A DNA stretch of 59,782 bases, the filler included, from Platydemus manokwari (taxonomy: Eukaryota), in the NCBI GenBank assembly GCA_037951405.1. It is 5 parts of 5 records of this genome, joined end to end, with 100 filler letters (N's around TTAATTAATTAA, not from the genome) between each part and the next. Parts side by side here need not be neighbours in the genome. Positions count along the whole stretch, not along the records: positions 11,649 to 27,892 come from JBBMOY011195876.1; 4 more parts are not named here. One strand, given 5' to 3'. Position 1 is the first letter of the stretch; each line of letters begins with the position of its first letter. Positions 13,371 to 25,143 of this stretch are shown in pieces. The translations under genes and the position numbers were made by a program. The notes below the pieces were generated by a model. The model saw only the letters and a program-made list of their open reading frames with translations, was not told the origin of the DNA and did no database searches.

Positions 13371-15357
13371 ATGCAAATAATTATCAAAAATAATGACGGT
13401 GAAATTGTTACATTGGAAATATGTCCAAAGGAGAATGTTCAAGAATTGAAATTAAAAATTCAAGCAAAGATTGGAACCCAACCAGATAAACAATGTTTGG
13501 TGTTTCAAGGAAGAACATTGAATGATGGGAGTACTTTGCAAGAAACAGGAATATGTGATCAATCTGTTATAAATTTGGTTAGAATTTTGAGGTAATGATA
13601 TGGTTTGAAATTATTTGGTATTTAATAATTGGTTACTACAGAGATGGATGGATACAAATATTTATTATGAATCTTAATGGAGAAATGATTTTGTTGGACA
13701 TACAGGAATCCATAACCGTCAAACAACTGAAATTAAAAATTCAAGAAAAAATCGGAATCAAACCAGAAGCACAAAGATTATCGTTTCAAGGAGGAGATTT
13801 AGCAGATGAGTGTACTGTGGAGGATTACAGAATATATGATCAGTCTGTAATCGATTTGGTTATTAAATTGAGGTGATGAATTGATTTGAGATGATTTGGC
13901 ATTCAATAATTGTGCATTACAGAGGTGATGCGATGGAAATATTTATTGAAACGTTGGATGGAAAACAATTTGCTTTGGAAATGTGCCAGTTGGATACGGT
14001 TCGGGAACTGAAATATGAAATTGAAAAAAAAATCAATGCCAGACCAGATGATCAAAAATTAGTTTTTAAAGGAGGAATATTAAAGGATGACGAGCGCACA
14101 TTGGATGAATGCGGAATACGCGATAAATCTGTGATAAATCTGGTGACGAGATTGAGGTGATTTGATGGTTTTGAGATGATTTATTGATTGATCACCACAG
14201 ACATGGTTGGATGCGCATCGTTGTCAAAGAGAGCGATAGAAAGGAGTTTCTGCTGGAAATCTCCCCGTTTCGCTCGATTGACGAGTTGAAATTAAAAATT
14301 CATGAAAAAATTGGAGCCAAACCGAAAACACAAAGATTAACATTTGACGGAAGAAAATTAGAAGATGGGCGTACGCTGGACGATTACGGAATATTGGATC
14401 GATCTGTGATCAATCTAACGGTTCAATTAAGGTGATTGTAAGGTTTGAGATGATTTGGCATTCAATAATTTCTCACCCCCAGACCTGGATGGATAAAAAT
14501 ATTGATTAAAACGCCTTATGGGAATGAGCTTGCGTTTGAGGTGCGCTCATTCGCGACTGTCAAGCAGCTGAAATTGAAAATAAAAGATAAACTCGGAATC
14601 GAGCCAGATGAACAACAGTTACGGTTTCAAAATCAAATATTGGATGATGAGAGCACTCTGGGGGAATGTGGAGTACGCCATCAATCAGTGATGCGTGTCT
14701 TTGGGAGATTGAGGTAGTGAGATGGTTTGAAATCATTTGGCAGTCAATAATTTGACATCACAGACCTGGATGGATAAAAGTATTGATTGCGAGCTTTTGT
14801 GGGAATGAGTTTGCATTTGAATTACGCCCACTCGAGACAGTCCAGCAGCTGAAATCGAAAATTCGGGATAAATTCGGAATCGAACCCCATGAACAACAGT
14901 TACGGTTTCAAGATCGAACATTGTACGATGAGTGTACTTTGGATGAGTATGAAATAAGCGATCTCTCTACGGTGAGTTTGGTTAGGAAAATGAGGTATTG
15001 ATTTTATGGGAGATTATTTGATATTTAATAATTGGTTACCATAGAGATGGCATTCAAATATTTGTCAAATGTTTTGATGGCAAAGTGATGGAAATTGAAA
15101 TAAATCCAGTGTTGAAGGTCCAGCAATTGAAATTGTTGATTCAAGCGGAAATCGGAATTGAACCAGACGATCAAACGTTAATGTTTCAAGGAACTACTGT
15201 GTTAACTGATGAGCACAGTTTGGAGCATTTCACAATAGGCGATCAGTCATGGTTAAATTTGACATTCCAATTAAGGTGATTGAAATGGTTTGAGAATGAT
15301 TTGGTATTTGATAATTTGCCATACAGGCCTGGAAACAACGAAATGAAACTCCCATGA
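13371..15357 (+). CDS. poly-ubiquitin-like protein with 7 divergent UBL domains, one per exon (about 546 aa)
   Basis: Exons 13371-13591, 13642-13872, 13923-14156, 14201-14431, 14483-14713, 14764-14994, 15045-15275 and 15327-15357 total 1641 nt in one open frame. All seven introns are 44-51 nt, GT..AG, phase 2 in the Arg74 codon. Domain 1 is 32/74 identical to ubiquitin by manual count. A phase-2 acceptor at 13363 may indicate a further upstream exon. Confidence 0.88.
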
Positions 15358-17300
15358 CTATTCGATTCTCTCGCAGATGAAAAATTGTGATTTGAAAACA
15401 CATTCGTTCAATTTGCCGAGAATCGCAAGTACACAAATGAATTCGGTTATTTTATTGGTGTATATGGTTTTAAAACATATGTCGTTGTGTAGCCAGAATG
15501 TGTGATTTTGGCTGGTGATTATTTATTTAAATTTTGTATTTTGACATTTCTCTGATCTCTGTACTTTGATTATTCATGTTTTTTCTGTTCTTATTATTAA
15601 ACATTTTGTACAGAATTTTGTTTTCGTTCAGTTCGTGGAAAAGAGTGAGATTAATAAATACGTCGAGTTTAAGCATAATTAGAATTTCACAAATATCTTT
15701 AGCTTTTTCTAGGTATTGCGATCCTAATGTTCACAAATCAATTGTACTGTGTTCCTAAATGTTTCGAAGTGCTGATGTTGGGGTTGTGGTTTTGTTTTCC
15801 AAATCATTTTGTAATTCCTGTATTATCGGTTGAAACGCAATGCCAATTCGGTAGGTGCGGGGATTAAAATAATTTGGTCAAAATAAATCAATAATCAAAA
15901 ACAAAGATAATGTCCAGATTTCATATTTGAATCTATTACAAATACTCAAAATCGTATGATATAATAATACAGAGGACAAATTCAAATCTCTATCTTTTAA
16001 GATACGGTTCCATTCAATCAGACTTAATTAATTTTCCAATCGCCTAAAATTACGATATTCCCCAGTCATACACTTTGATCTGATAACGAACCTGCTTTGT
16101 CATGAAAATATAGATTTTAATTATTGCAGATTTTATGTGAACGAAATTGTTAAATCATATTTCTTTACTTTTTTAAAGTTGTTCAATAATTCGGGTCTAG
16201 GACTTCTTTTGTAAACCTCCGTCTGAATTATTTTTTGTGAGTGAATTTTCCTACTGCTTACATACTGATTATGAATTATTTTTATTATTTTCTTTTTAAA
16301 ATTATTTTATAAATCCGCCTACATTAATAATTTTAATTTATTGTTCTCTCACAATAATTTGATTAAGTTTACATTTTAAATAATTTATATTTCACCCTCA
16401 TTTATAAATTTTATTATAATTTTATTCATTATTATTATTCTCAAAAATATAATTTTGCCCGCCATAGATTTTTATTATAATTATACAATAAATTTTATTC
16501 AACAAAATTTTTTTACATATTAAAAAATGAAATTATCAAAAAATACCTACATATAAATTGTATATATTTTATGCAAAAATGATCTCAAAAATCAGTGTCT
16601 ACTTTTCACTTGGATTGTAGCTTTTGTAGGCTTTGGTAAGAGATTTGGATTTGGGGTTGGTATCCTTCATTCTGAAGACTGAAGACGGGGATTGAGAAGA
16701 TGATTGAAGGTTGTTGAGATTTAAATGTTATCGATATCGTTATGATTATATAACGTCATTTGAAACATTAAATGAAACTAGATTTCTATCAATAGAACGT
16801 TTTCATTCTAAATTAACAGAAGAAATAAGGAAGGAAGGGATGCTGAAACGAAAGAAAATATGGGAAAGAGAAGACAAAATAGAACAAATATTAAAATAAT
16901 TCTTCAGAATTTGGGTACTTTTAATTTTTTTTCGAACGTATCTGCGTTTCAATGAATTCTTGTTCTCGTTAACCACCATTTATTTCACAATTACTTCTAC
17001 CCGGTTCGTTTAATTATGTCATATTAGCATTGTTTTAGATTTTTTCATTATAAGAATGTTTTGAAAATTTTAATTAAAGCTTGAAAATCATGATCAATTA
17101 TTTGCCTTTATTATAACAAGATTTATATATGTCCATTGTGGTGTTCATTAAATCGGTTGCAGAATTCTTAAATCAATAAATAAATTTTAAATACAAACCT
17201 TGTTTTAATAATAATAAAATTATAAAAATTATTTAAAATTATTTTCTTGGATATTTTCAAACCATGGGAATTTTAATGAAAATCTTATTGATTATAATAG

Positions 17301-17957
17301 ATGAAAATTAGTGTTACAATTAGAACGTTAAATGGTATGACGGAGGATGTTACCATTACAGAAAATACCACAGTTGCTCAATTAAAATTGAAAATTGAAA
17401 ATATTTTTGGATTGCGTCCGAAAGAACAAAGATTGTTGTTAAATGATATCGTTCTTCTCAAAGATGACGAAAAGGTTATTAATTGTGGAATCAAAAGCGG
17501 AACCATTATTAAATTGTCAATCGTTCCGGGGTATTCATTTGGTTTATAAATAAACATTTTCTGACATTATTTTATTGATTATAAAATATTGGTTTTTGAT
17601 TGGATTTAAAGTGTTGAATTATTGATAATGCGAGACGAATAATCAATAATATTTCACCGTTTTTTAAAAGTGTTTTGTATATTTTAAATTATGAGAATAA
17701 ATGAACCAGCTTAACTCGATTATTGATTGTAGTAAATTCAATTTGACAGTTAATCCATTGGATGGGCGTAATATTGATATTGAGGTGACATCAAATGAAT
17801 CCGTGGCTGATTTGAAATGCAAAATCGAGAAAATATGTTCAATACCGATTGATGAACAGGTTTTGTTGTATAAAGGCAATCCTCTCGATGACAAATGCTC
17901 ACTATCGAGTTCTGGAATCTATGATTACAGTGTTATTTGTCTGATTCCGAAATTAAG
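17301..17957 (+). CDS. two UBL-domain exons (either a di-UBL gene or the 5' part of a 6-UBL gene continuing at 20863)
   Basis: Exon 17301-17530 (MKISVTIRTLNG..QRLLL..IVPG), phase-2 intron 17531-17732, exon 17733-17957 (KFNLTVNPLDG..QVLLYKGNPLDD..PKLR) ending in a phase-2 donor AG|GT. The 3' end is unresolved: local acceptor at 17994 versus distal acceptor at 20862. Confidence 0.75.
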
Positions 17958-18202
17958 GTGGATTTATTATTTAGTGAAAATTATTTATTATTAGATCAAT
18001 AGCTGTTTTGTTTTAAAATTGATTTTATTGATTTTATAATTAATTTTGATATATTTAATACTTAAAACTAAACACAGGCGCATACACATATATCTGTGTT
18101 AAGCGATAATCGATGAAAAGTAAATGGCCAGATAAATTCCAATCAATCGATAAGTGAATTATGAAGTGTTTAATTCCATGTCATATAAGATTTTTAGTAT
18201 TA

Positions 18203-18369
18203 CAGTATTTCTCTTCCTAACCACCAATTCCTCTTAACTGCCACATTTTTCCAATAACAAAAAACAAGATTTTCTTTTGACTTTTTTCTTTATTATTTAT
18301 TTATCAAGAACTCTTAACCGCCACATTTTTGCAATTCCTCAAATGTGACGGTTAGGAGGAGAAATACAG
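18203..18369. mobile_element. pogo/Tigger-like MITE (167 bp)
   Basis: TIRs CAGTATTTCTCTTCCTAACC and GGTTAGGAGGAGAAATACAG, flanked by TA on both sides. Internal repeats of CTCTTAAC(T/C)GCCACATTTTT. Confidence 0.85.
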
Positions 18370-19989
18370 TAGTAAGACTAAACCCGCACATCGATAGATT
18401 ATTTGGTGGTTTAATCAATAATTCTTCAAAACTGTCTTTAATGTCATCGATTGAATTCTATAAGAATAATGTTTTCACCACGTAATTAGTTACCGATGGT
18501 GTTTGTGAACTTGTGATTTGATGTTACTAATAATATCTGACTGTTGCTAGCTAAATTCTCTACTCTATTTTCACCTTAATAGAAATTTTATTGCGCGTTT
18601 TAACATAAATGCAAATATGTTCGACCAATATTATTAGACTGAATAAAGACTTTATTTTTGCCAAGAATTTCTGCAATAATTGATACTAAAAATAGCAATT
18701 GAGAAATGTGATCTTTATATTGAAGTGGTCTGAAATTAATATTAATTCTTGGAACTAATGAAATCCGATCCTTGTCAAAAAAGGTCTTTCTGTCTTTGGA
18801 CTTCAATATATATAAATGTTTAAAATCAATAAAAGATCACCCCACAGGTAACTTTATTAATGGTGAAAACATATCTGGAAATTTACTGGGATTTGGCCCA
18901 GAATTAGAAATTTATTTCTCTGAAAACTCGGTATCGTGAATAGATTAATTGATTTGCCCAATAATAATCTTGAAACATAATTGATTTGAGTGCTCGTGGA
19001 TGACTAATATTCGGTAAGCGAAATTTAAATATCTTTGTCAGGCGTCCAAATCTCTGATATTGTTGGGAATTCTGTGTTGTTTTTATCTTCTAATTTCCTT
19101 CTTAATTTCTTTTCGTTGCCTTGGAAATGTTTTGTTGTCATGGGATTTATATTTCTAAATTATAAGTTTTTTTCTGTTATAGAATTCATTGCAGTCAACT
19201 CCGATCAATTATTCTTCAATAAAAGCACAATCCAATAATTTGAATCGATTGTTTCTGTTTTCAAAGAGAATTAAAGTTCACATTGATCGTTAAATTTTGT
19301 TTTTAATTTAGTTTTCCTTTTCGTGCTTGAGTTGTTTAAGCTATCTGGTAATTATGTTCTAGCCTGTTGCGACTTAATTATCGATTAATTACTTGAAGAA
19401 ACAAGTCGAATTCTTGCTAAATAATATCTCCATTATTTCTGCTTCATTTGATATTTTTATTCAGATTTGTTTCGTGACTTTATATGATAAAATCTTCGGG
19501 ATTCATTTCTATAAAAGATATTTTGTAAGTGGCTATAGGGGTATCCCTAATTCAACTATTGACAGTTCTCATAAGTAATCCACTGCTAGACAGGTTTCGT
19601 AATCCTTTATACTAATTATTTTACGAGAAGATGAAGATCATTTCGTTCATGCTCACATTCAATCCCAATTGGCCGAGGGACATGTTGAAACGGCATTTCG
19701 GTTTCATATTATTTAGCCAAAAGGAAACTCATTTTGTCACAATTAATTCAACTTTAACCCAGAGAAAATTTGCTGACATAGACATTATGTGATTAGATAA
19801 GTGGAAGGATTTTTGTTGATTTCATTGTCTTCAGTAAAATACACGCACTTGACCAGAGAATAGATCATTTGGATTACAGAAATGTGCTTAAATTATATTG
19901 TAAAGATTTTAATGTAATAAGTTTCGAAAAATATTTATTTATAATCGACGTATTCTCAAGACTGATCTCTAAATCACAATACATTAAAC

Positions 19990-20341
19990 CAGTGGTCTTC
20001 ACACGTTTTGTGTTGCGACCCACTTTACGAATCTAAAATTTTCGCGACCCCTAGGAACTAAAATAAAAATAATAAAAACAATTTTTTTAATACATTTTTT
20101 TTAACACCAAAAAATTGAAATATATTTAATAATAACGACGATTTTGCATACTCTGGCATAAAATATCAAATTTTAGCTCTATTTCGGTGATGGCTGATGT
20201 CGGTACTAATTCCACATCTTTAAAATTCGATCGATATTTTGTCTTAATATAAGTCAGTGTCGAAAATGAAATTTCTCGCGACCCCCAAAAAACTTTTCAC
20301 AACCCACTGGTGGGTCGCGCGTCCCATTTTAAAGAACTCTG
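19990..20341 (-). mobile_element. non-autonomous hAT (Charlie/Buster-type) element
   Basis: Ends CAGTGGTCTTC and AAAGAACTCTG, subterminal GCGACCC repeats, 8-bp TSD CATTAAAC/CATTAATT (6/8). The minus strand encodes a Buster-type transposase C-terminus EISFSTLTYIKTKYRSNFKDVE..EIELKFDILC. Confidence 0.85.
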
Positions 20342-20862
20342 CATTAATTTATCCTATAATTATCGATATTATTATGAAAATCATTATTCAACCGACCTGT
20401 TAGTAACCCACGAAAATATGGAATAATTGACTAAGGAAACCTGTTGTACTGCTTTATACTGCAAGAATTGCTGGGGGAATGCATATTTATTGATATATTG
20501 ACTTTCACTGGATTCGAATCATTAATAATAGCATAGTTATTATAGCAACAAATATTGATTCATTTATTGATAATTTGTGATATTATTTCGTGTTACAATA
20601 AGCTTTTTAATAAAAGCGTGATTTTAAGAATCATAACTAAGTCTAGTGTTGTTAAATCGGCAACACTGTGCCCATTAATGTTTATTAAATTCGAAATGTT
20701 CGAGACATTTTAAATTTATGTAATATTTTTAAACCATCACGTGTCTGAAGATTTCCAGTGTAAATTGGTAATCGATTGAGCCATTTCTACTATATTTATA
20801 TGTGAAAAACAGCTCAGTTTTCAATTTTCTGATAATCAATAAGTATTTTATTGAAATATTAG

Positions 20863-21927
20863 CAATAAGACTCAAGTACGCGCCAAAACATTAGACGGTA
20901 AAATCGTGGCATTGGAGATTAATGAAAACAAGACGATTCGTGACTTGAAAATGGAAATTCAAGGAAAATTAGGATTAGATCCTGATGATCAAATATTGAT
21001 TTTACTCGGAGCCATTTTAGATGATGTTGAAATGGTGGATGCTTGTGGCATCAATAGTGATTCGGTGATTAATATAATTGTTAAATCTAGGTATTGATTT
21101 GATGATATACAACTTTTTAATTTGTGGAATACAAATTCAGATTTATACAGATCCGCGTCAAAACATTGAAAGGAGAAGTTATTAAATTGGAAATCAATAA
21201 AAAATGGACAATTCGTGATTTAAAAATTGAAATTGAAAAGAAATTGAAAATAAATCCCGACGATCAAAGATTGGTGTTTGAAGGATATCTTTTAGAAGAT
21301 GAAAAATTGGTGGACGAATGTGGAATCTATAATGGATCAGTTGTTAATGCCATTGTAAAAATAGCGTAAGGAAATATTATTGGATTCGTGATAAATAATT
21401 ATTGTCGCGAAAATTGTAGAAATAAAATACGATTGTATATCAAACCGTTGAAAGGAGAAAAACTCCCATTTGAAATTTTGAAAAATTCAACTATTCGTGA
21501 CATAAAATTGAAAATCCAAGAGAAATTGAAACACGATCCCTATGATCAGAGATTAATATTTCAAGGCAAGCTTTTGGAGGATGGTAAATCGTTGGATGAT
21601 TATGGAATCGATGACCAATCGGTGATTAATGCAGTCTTTGTATTTAGGTAACGATTTGACATTATGTGACGAGAAGAAATTATTTCGGTATTATCGATTA
21701 TTTTCAGCTTATACATCCAGATGTTCGATGGTATGAGGCATAAAATTGAAATTCCTAAATATTACACTATTGGGATCTTGAAATTAAAAATCCAAGATGA
21801 ATTAAATTTTCATTCAGATGAGCAAAAATTAATTTTTCAAGGTCATGTTTTAATCGATAATCAATCAATAATAGATTGTCAATTGAAAAGTGGGTCGATA
21901 ATTCAACTGGTGAAATGCACAAAGTAA
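20863..21927 (+). CDS. four UBL-domain exons (3' part of a second poly-UBL gene)
   Basis: Exons 20863-21090, 21141-21365, 21420-21647 and 21708-21927; phase-2 introns of 50, 54 and 60 nt; open when spliced. The first exon starts at a phase-2 acceptor with no Met at the domain start, so an upstream exon is likely needed. The third domain is closest to ubiquitin (QRLIFQGKLLEDGKSLDDYGI). Confidence 0.85.
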
Positions 21928-22134
21928 TCAATTATTCTATATTTCAATTGATTATTGTGTTTATTGATTATTTATTGAATCGTTTCATTATTTAAAAATT
22001 TTGTACTTTCAAATAAAGCTGCTTGTTGATGTGGGATGATATGTTATGAAATATTGCTTTAAATTATTGAAAAATGAATAATAGTGTGTCCATCGATGTG
22101 TGATGAATTGTTGTTGTCAGTGTCACAATCAATC

Positions 22135-22602
22135 AGTAGTTGATAATAAAATTGACTGGTGGATGTGTGAGTTTGAATTCATCAGTGACCAAATTATGCA
22201 CTGCTGGACTCGAGATCCAATCGCGTACTGATGATTATTAACGAATTTATCTATCGGAGAACTACCTGTTGTGATCGATAATGTTTCAATCAATAAATTC
22301 TGATTAAACCACAAATTTGTATTAACAATTTAAGCTTAATGATTATTCATTAAATCGATAAATAATTATTGATATTCTTTACATTTTTAGAGAGTGATAA
22401 ATGGATCTCGAATTTAACGTCACTGAAACAATAAGCAAGATCCAGGGAAATATGAAAACGAATATCGGAAATTATTGATTATTTTCTTTTATGAACCATT
22501 TTTAAAAGATTGCCATCCCATTTTATTGGTAAATAATTCTCAAGAAATATCCCATACCGTATTAAGATGGAATGAAATAATAGATCCGAGAATTATATTT
22601 TA
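22135..22602 (+). pseudogene. about two decayed UBL exons trailing the array
   Basis: Frameshifted UBL-like fragments LEIQSRTDDY*RIYL and MDLEFNVTETISKIQGNMKTNIG..LIIFF..FLKD..HTVLR. The spacer between them ends in TTTTTAG at 22390 and shares GATAAATAATTATTG (22357-22371) with the intron sequence at 21390-21404. Confidence 0.45.
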
Positions 22603-24653
22603 ATTTATATTATAATTATATTATTCAGAACAATCGATAATAAAAATGTTATTCAATTACAATCTTTGAACATTTTCCTTCTCGATTTTACATTTTTTGA
22701 AATTTATTTTGTTTTTTGGATTCTGGATTTCTCCAGTTATTTTATGCCTTCATATCGGCATAATCTCAATGATATTTGACTAAAATACAATAAAATCAAT
22801 CTTGGTTTCGTTTGTCTTATTGATAATTTTTTGTGTGAGGTTATAATTCACATAATTTGAGATTGTACTGATTTGTGTTTGGTTTGTTTAATCGAAATAG
22901 AAATTGTTAAATATCTGGGATGAAATTAAGAAAAAGGGACCTTTGACCTACTTTCGTAATGATGAATTTTCGCGCATGAGATAATTTTATAATTTAATTT
23001 TATAAATAATTGCGATGTTTGATTTATTCGTGCAATTCAGTTGATATCTCACATTTGTAGAATGTCGAATAGGGACAAGTTCCTATCCTAATCAGATCAC
23101 TTCTAGGATTCTTTTATTTTGTAAATTTAAATTTATTTAATTATAAATCAACATAGGAAACTCATGACATGTTTAATAGAATGATAATACTTGTTTCTAA
23201 CAGATGGTTGTAAAAATACAAAATATCACTCAATTTGCTTCTAAGATTAAAAAAAGAAGTCCCCGCAAGTTTTCAATAAATTACAATTCGACCTACTTTG
23301 ATCCGTTTTTTACATGATCCAATTCTATGTGTTTTCGAAGCTCTCGTTTATTTAATATTTGATTTCAAACAAATAAAGTTCTTGATTACTTAAATAAAAA
23401 TTAAAAAAAAATAAAAAATCCTAAAGTATTATCTGATAAAAATTTTGTCTATTCCACTAAATAATTTAAAATTGCATTTCTTGTCTACCAGTTAAGGAAT
23501 TTTATTTCAGTTTGTTACTTACCCAATAAAATTTGTAATCAACCCTAGGTTGTTATCATTAATATTATTATTTATATTATTTACAGTGCAAGCATTGTAT
23601 ACCGCCGTCATTATCAAAGTTGGTGTCTAAATTATTGTTGGGACCTACGCTTAAATTATGGTCCTTATTATCAGTGAGGATATTGAAACCAATTAGCATT
23701 TGAATGATCATTTTAAATATAAAATATATTGATATTCAGTAATGTATATTATCGATTTAATTTTTTGAATATCATGCTAGCTATATTTTCGAAACTAAAC
23801 TTAGAATGATTAATGAGTGTCTTTTTACTGTTGATTAGTTTACCAACTAGAACGAAAAAGGAAATATTGATTCAGCAATAAACACGCTTAGATAAATTTG
23901 CTCATGAAGCTGATGAGTGACTTCAAATTAAGAACTTTTTTACATTTAAGCTGATAGAGATAGATATTCTATTGAAAGTAGATGCGTGCCTGCTGTGGAA
24001 GGAGTGTGGTAAAGATAAGGAATGCAACAGCCAACGATTACATAGAATTTTGGTTCTATGAGACGTTCATTAGGATAGAAGCAGGATTAAAAATATCGTA
24101 TATTCGTAAATCCAACAATTTGTTTTATAGTAATTAAAAATCTTTTTAAATAAGGCGGAGTTAAGATTTAAACTCATTCTAGAAAAGTTAAATATTTTAT
24201 TTCGGGCATTGTCTTCATACTAAGCTCATAAAATCGTTGCAATATCTAGTGATGTAGAAGAGATAATCTTATTTTTAAAATATCGATAACTTTAATTATC
24301 GATTAATAAAATCAATAATCACCAAAGGATTATTTCAGTGAAACAAACAAAATTTAATTAACATCATAATTATAGTGAGAAACGTTTCTAAACGATATGT
24401 AAAACGAAGCTGCAGCTGGACACACAAATTTAAAATCAGTATCTTTATTGGGGTTGAAAAAATAACTAAATTGAACCAACTTTTTATTATTCTGTGTGAC
24501 GACAGGCATTGAACATTTGCTATATTGATTAATTTTTATTATATTCTTTTATGTTGGATTAGACCAATATTAATTTTTTTTATAATATGACAATTCATGT
24601 TTAATAAAAATGATATTTATAAAATAATACATTGCGATTCATAAGTCACCGTC

Positions 24654-25143
24654 TCTAAAACTAAAATAAAACAAGAATATTTGAAAGGTTTTATTTTTTA
24701 CTTTGTGAAGTCACGAACACTCGTGCAGTTTCTTGTTGATTTGTGCCATCTTTCTCTTTTACAAAATTTACCACCTTTTCCTTCATGATTTCATCAGACG
24801 GTCTTCTTGATCGCAACCTAGTGGATAAGTTTCCAGTTTATTCAAACTTCTGTTTCCAGTATTGCATTGTTGTCTTATCTGATGGTGGATAATTGTAATG
24901 TTGCTGAAATTCTTGGCAAGCTTCGGCACTACTCTGGTACATCATTGAATAACTAACTATAAACACTATTCGCAAGCAAAAATTTAACATCACCAACTGT
25001 TTCTGCTATATTTTAATAATGGAACTCATTAATAAGAAATAAGAAATAAAACACATTAATCAGTGAATAATAATGAATATCAATAAGTATAAATATGTGA
25101 GTATAAATTATATTGTGTTTTGTTGTTTTATTTTAGTTTTAGA
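24654..25143 (-). mobile_element. internally deleted Tc1/mariner-superfamily transposon
   Basis: Perfect 21-bp inverted repeats at 24654-24674 and 25123-25143. The minus strand (24990 to about 24700) encodes an N-terminal HTH region, RIVFIVSY..EFQQHYNYPPSDKTTMQYWKQKFE*TGN..RSRRP, with an internal stop. Confidence 0.8.

Noticed and set aside
13371-15279. Operon of separate small ubiquitin genes with TAATG translational coupling at 13593-13597
   Set aside because: The N-terminal extensions in the ORF track (MIWFEII.., MIWHSII..) are translated intron sequence. Consistent phase-2 splice sites join all units into one frame.
13592-15326. CRISPR-like array of conserved ~50-nt repeats with variable spacers
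   Set aside because: The repeats are GT-AG introns and the ~231-nt spacers are homologous UBL exons. The context is eukaryotic and no cas genes are present.
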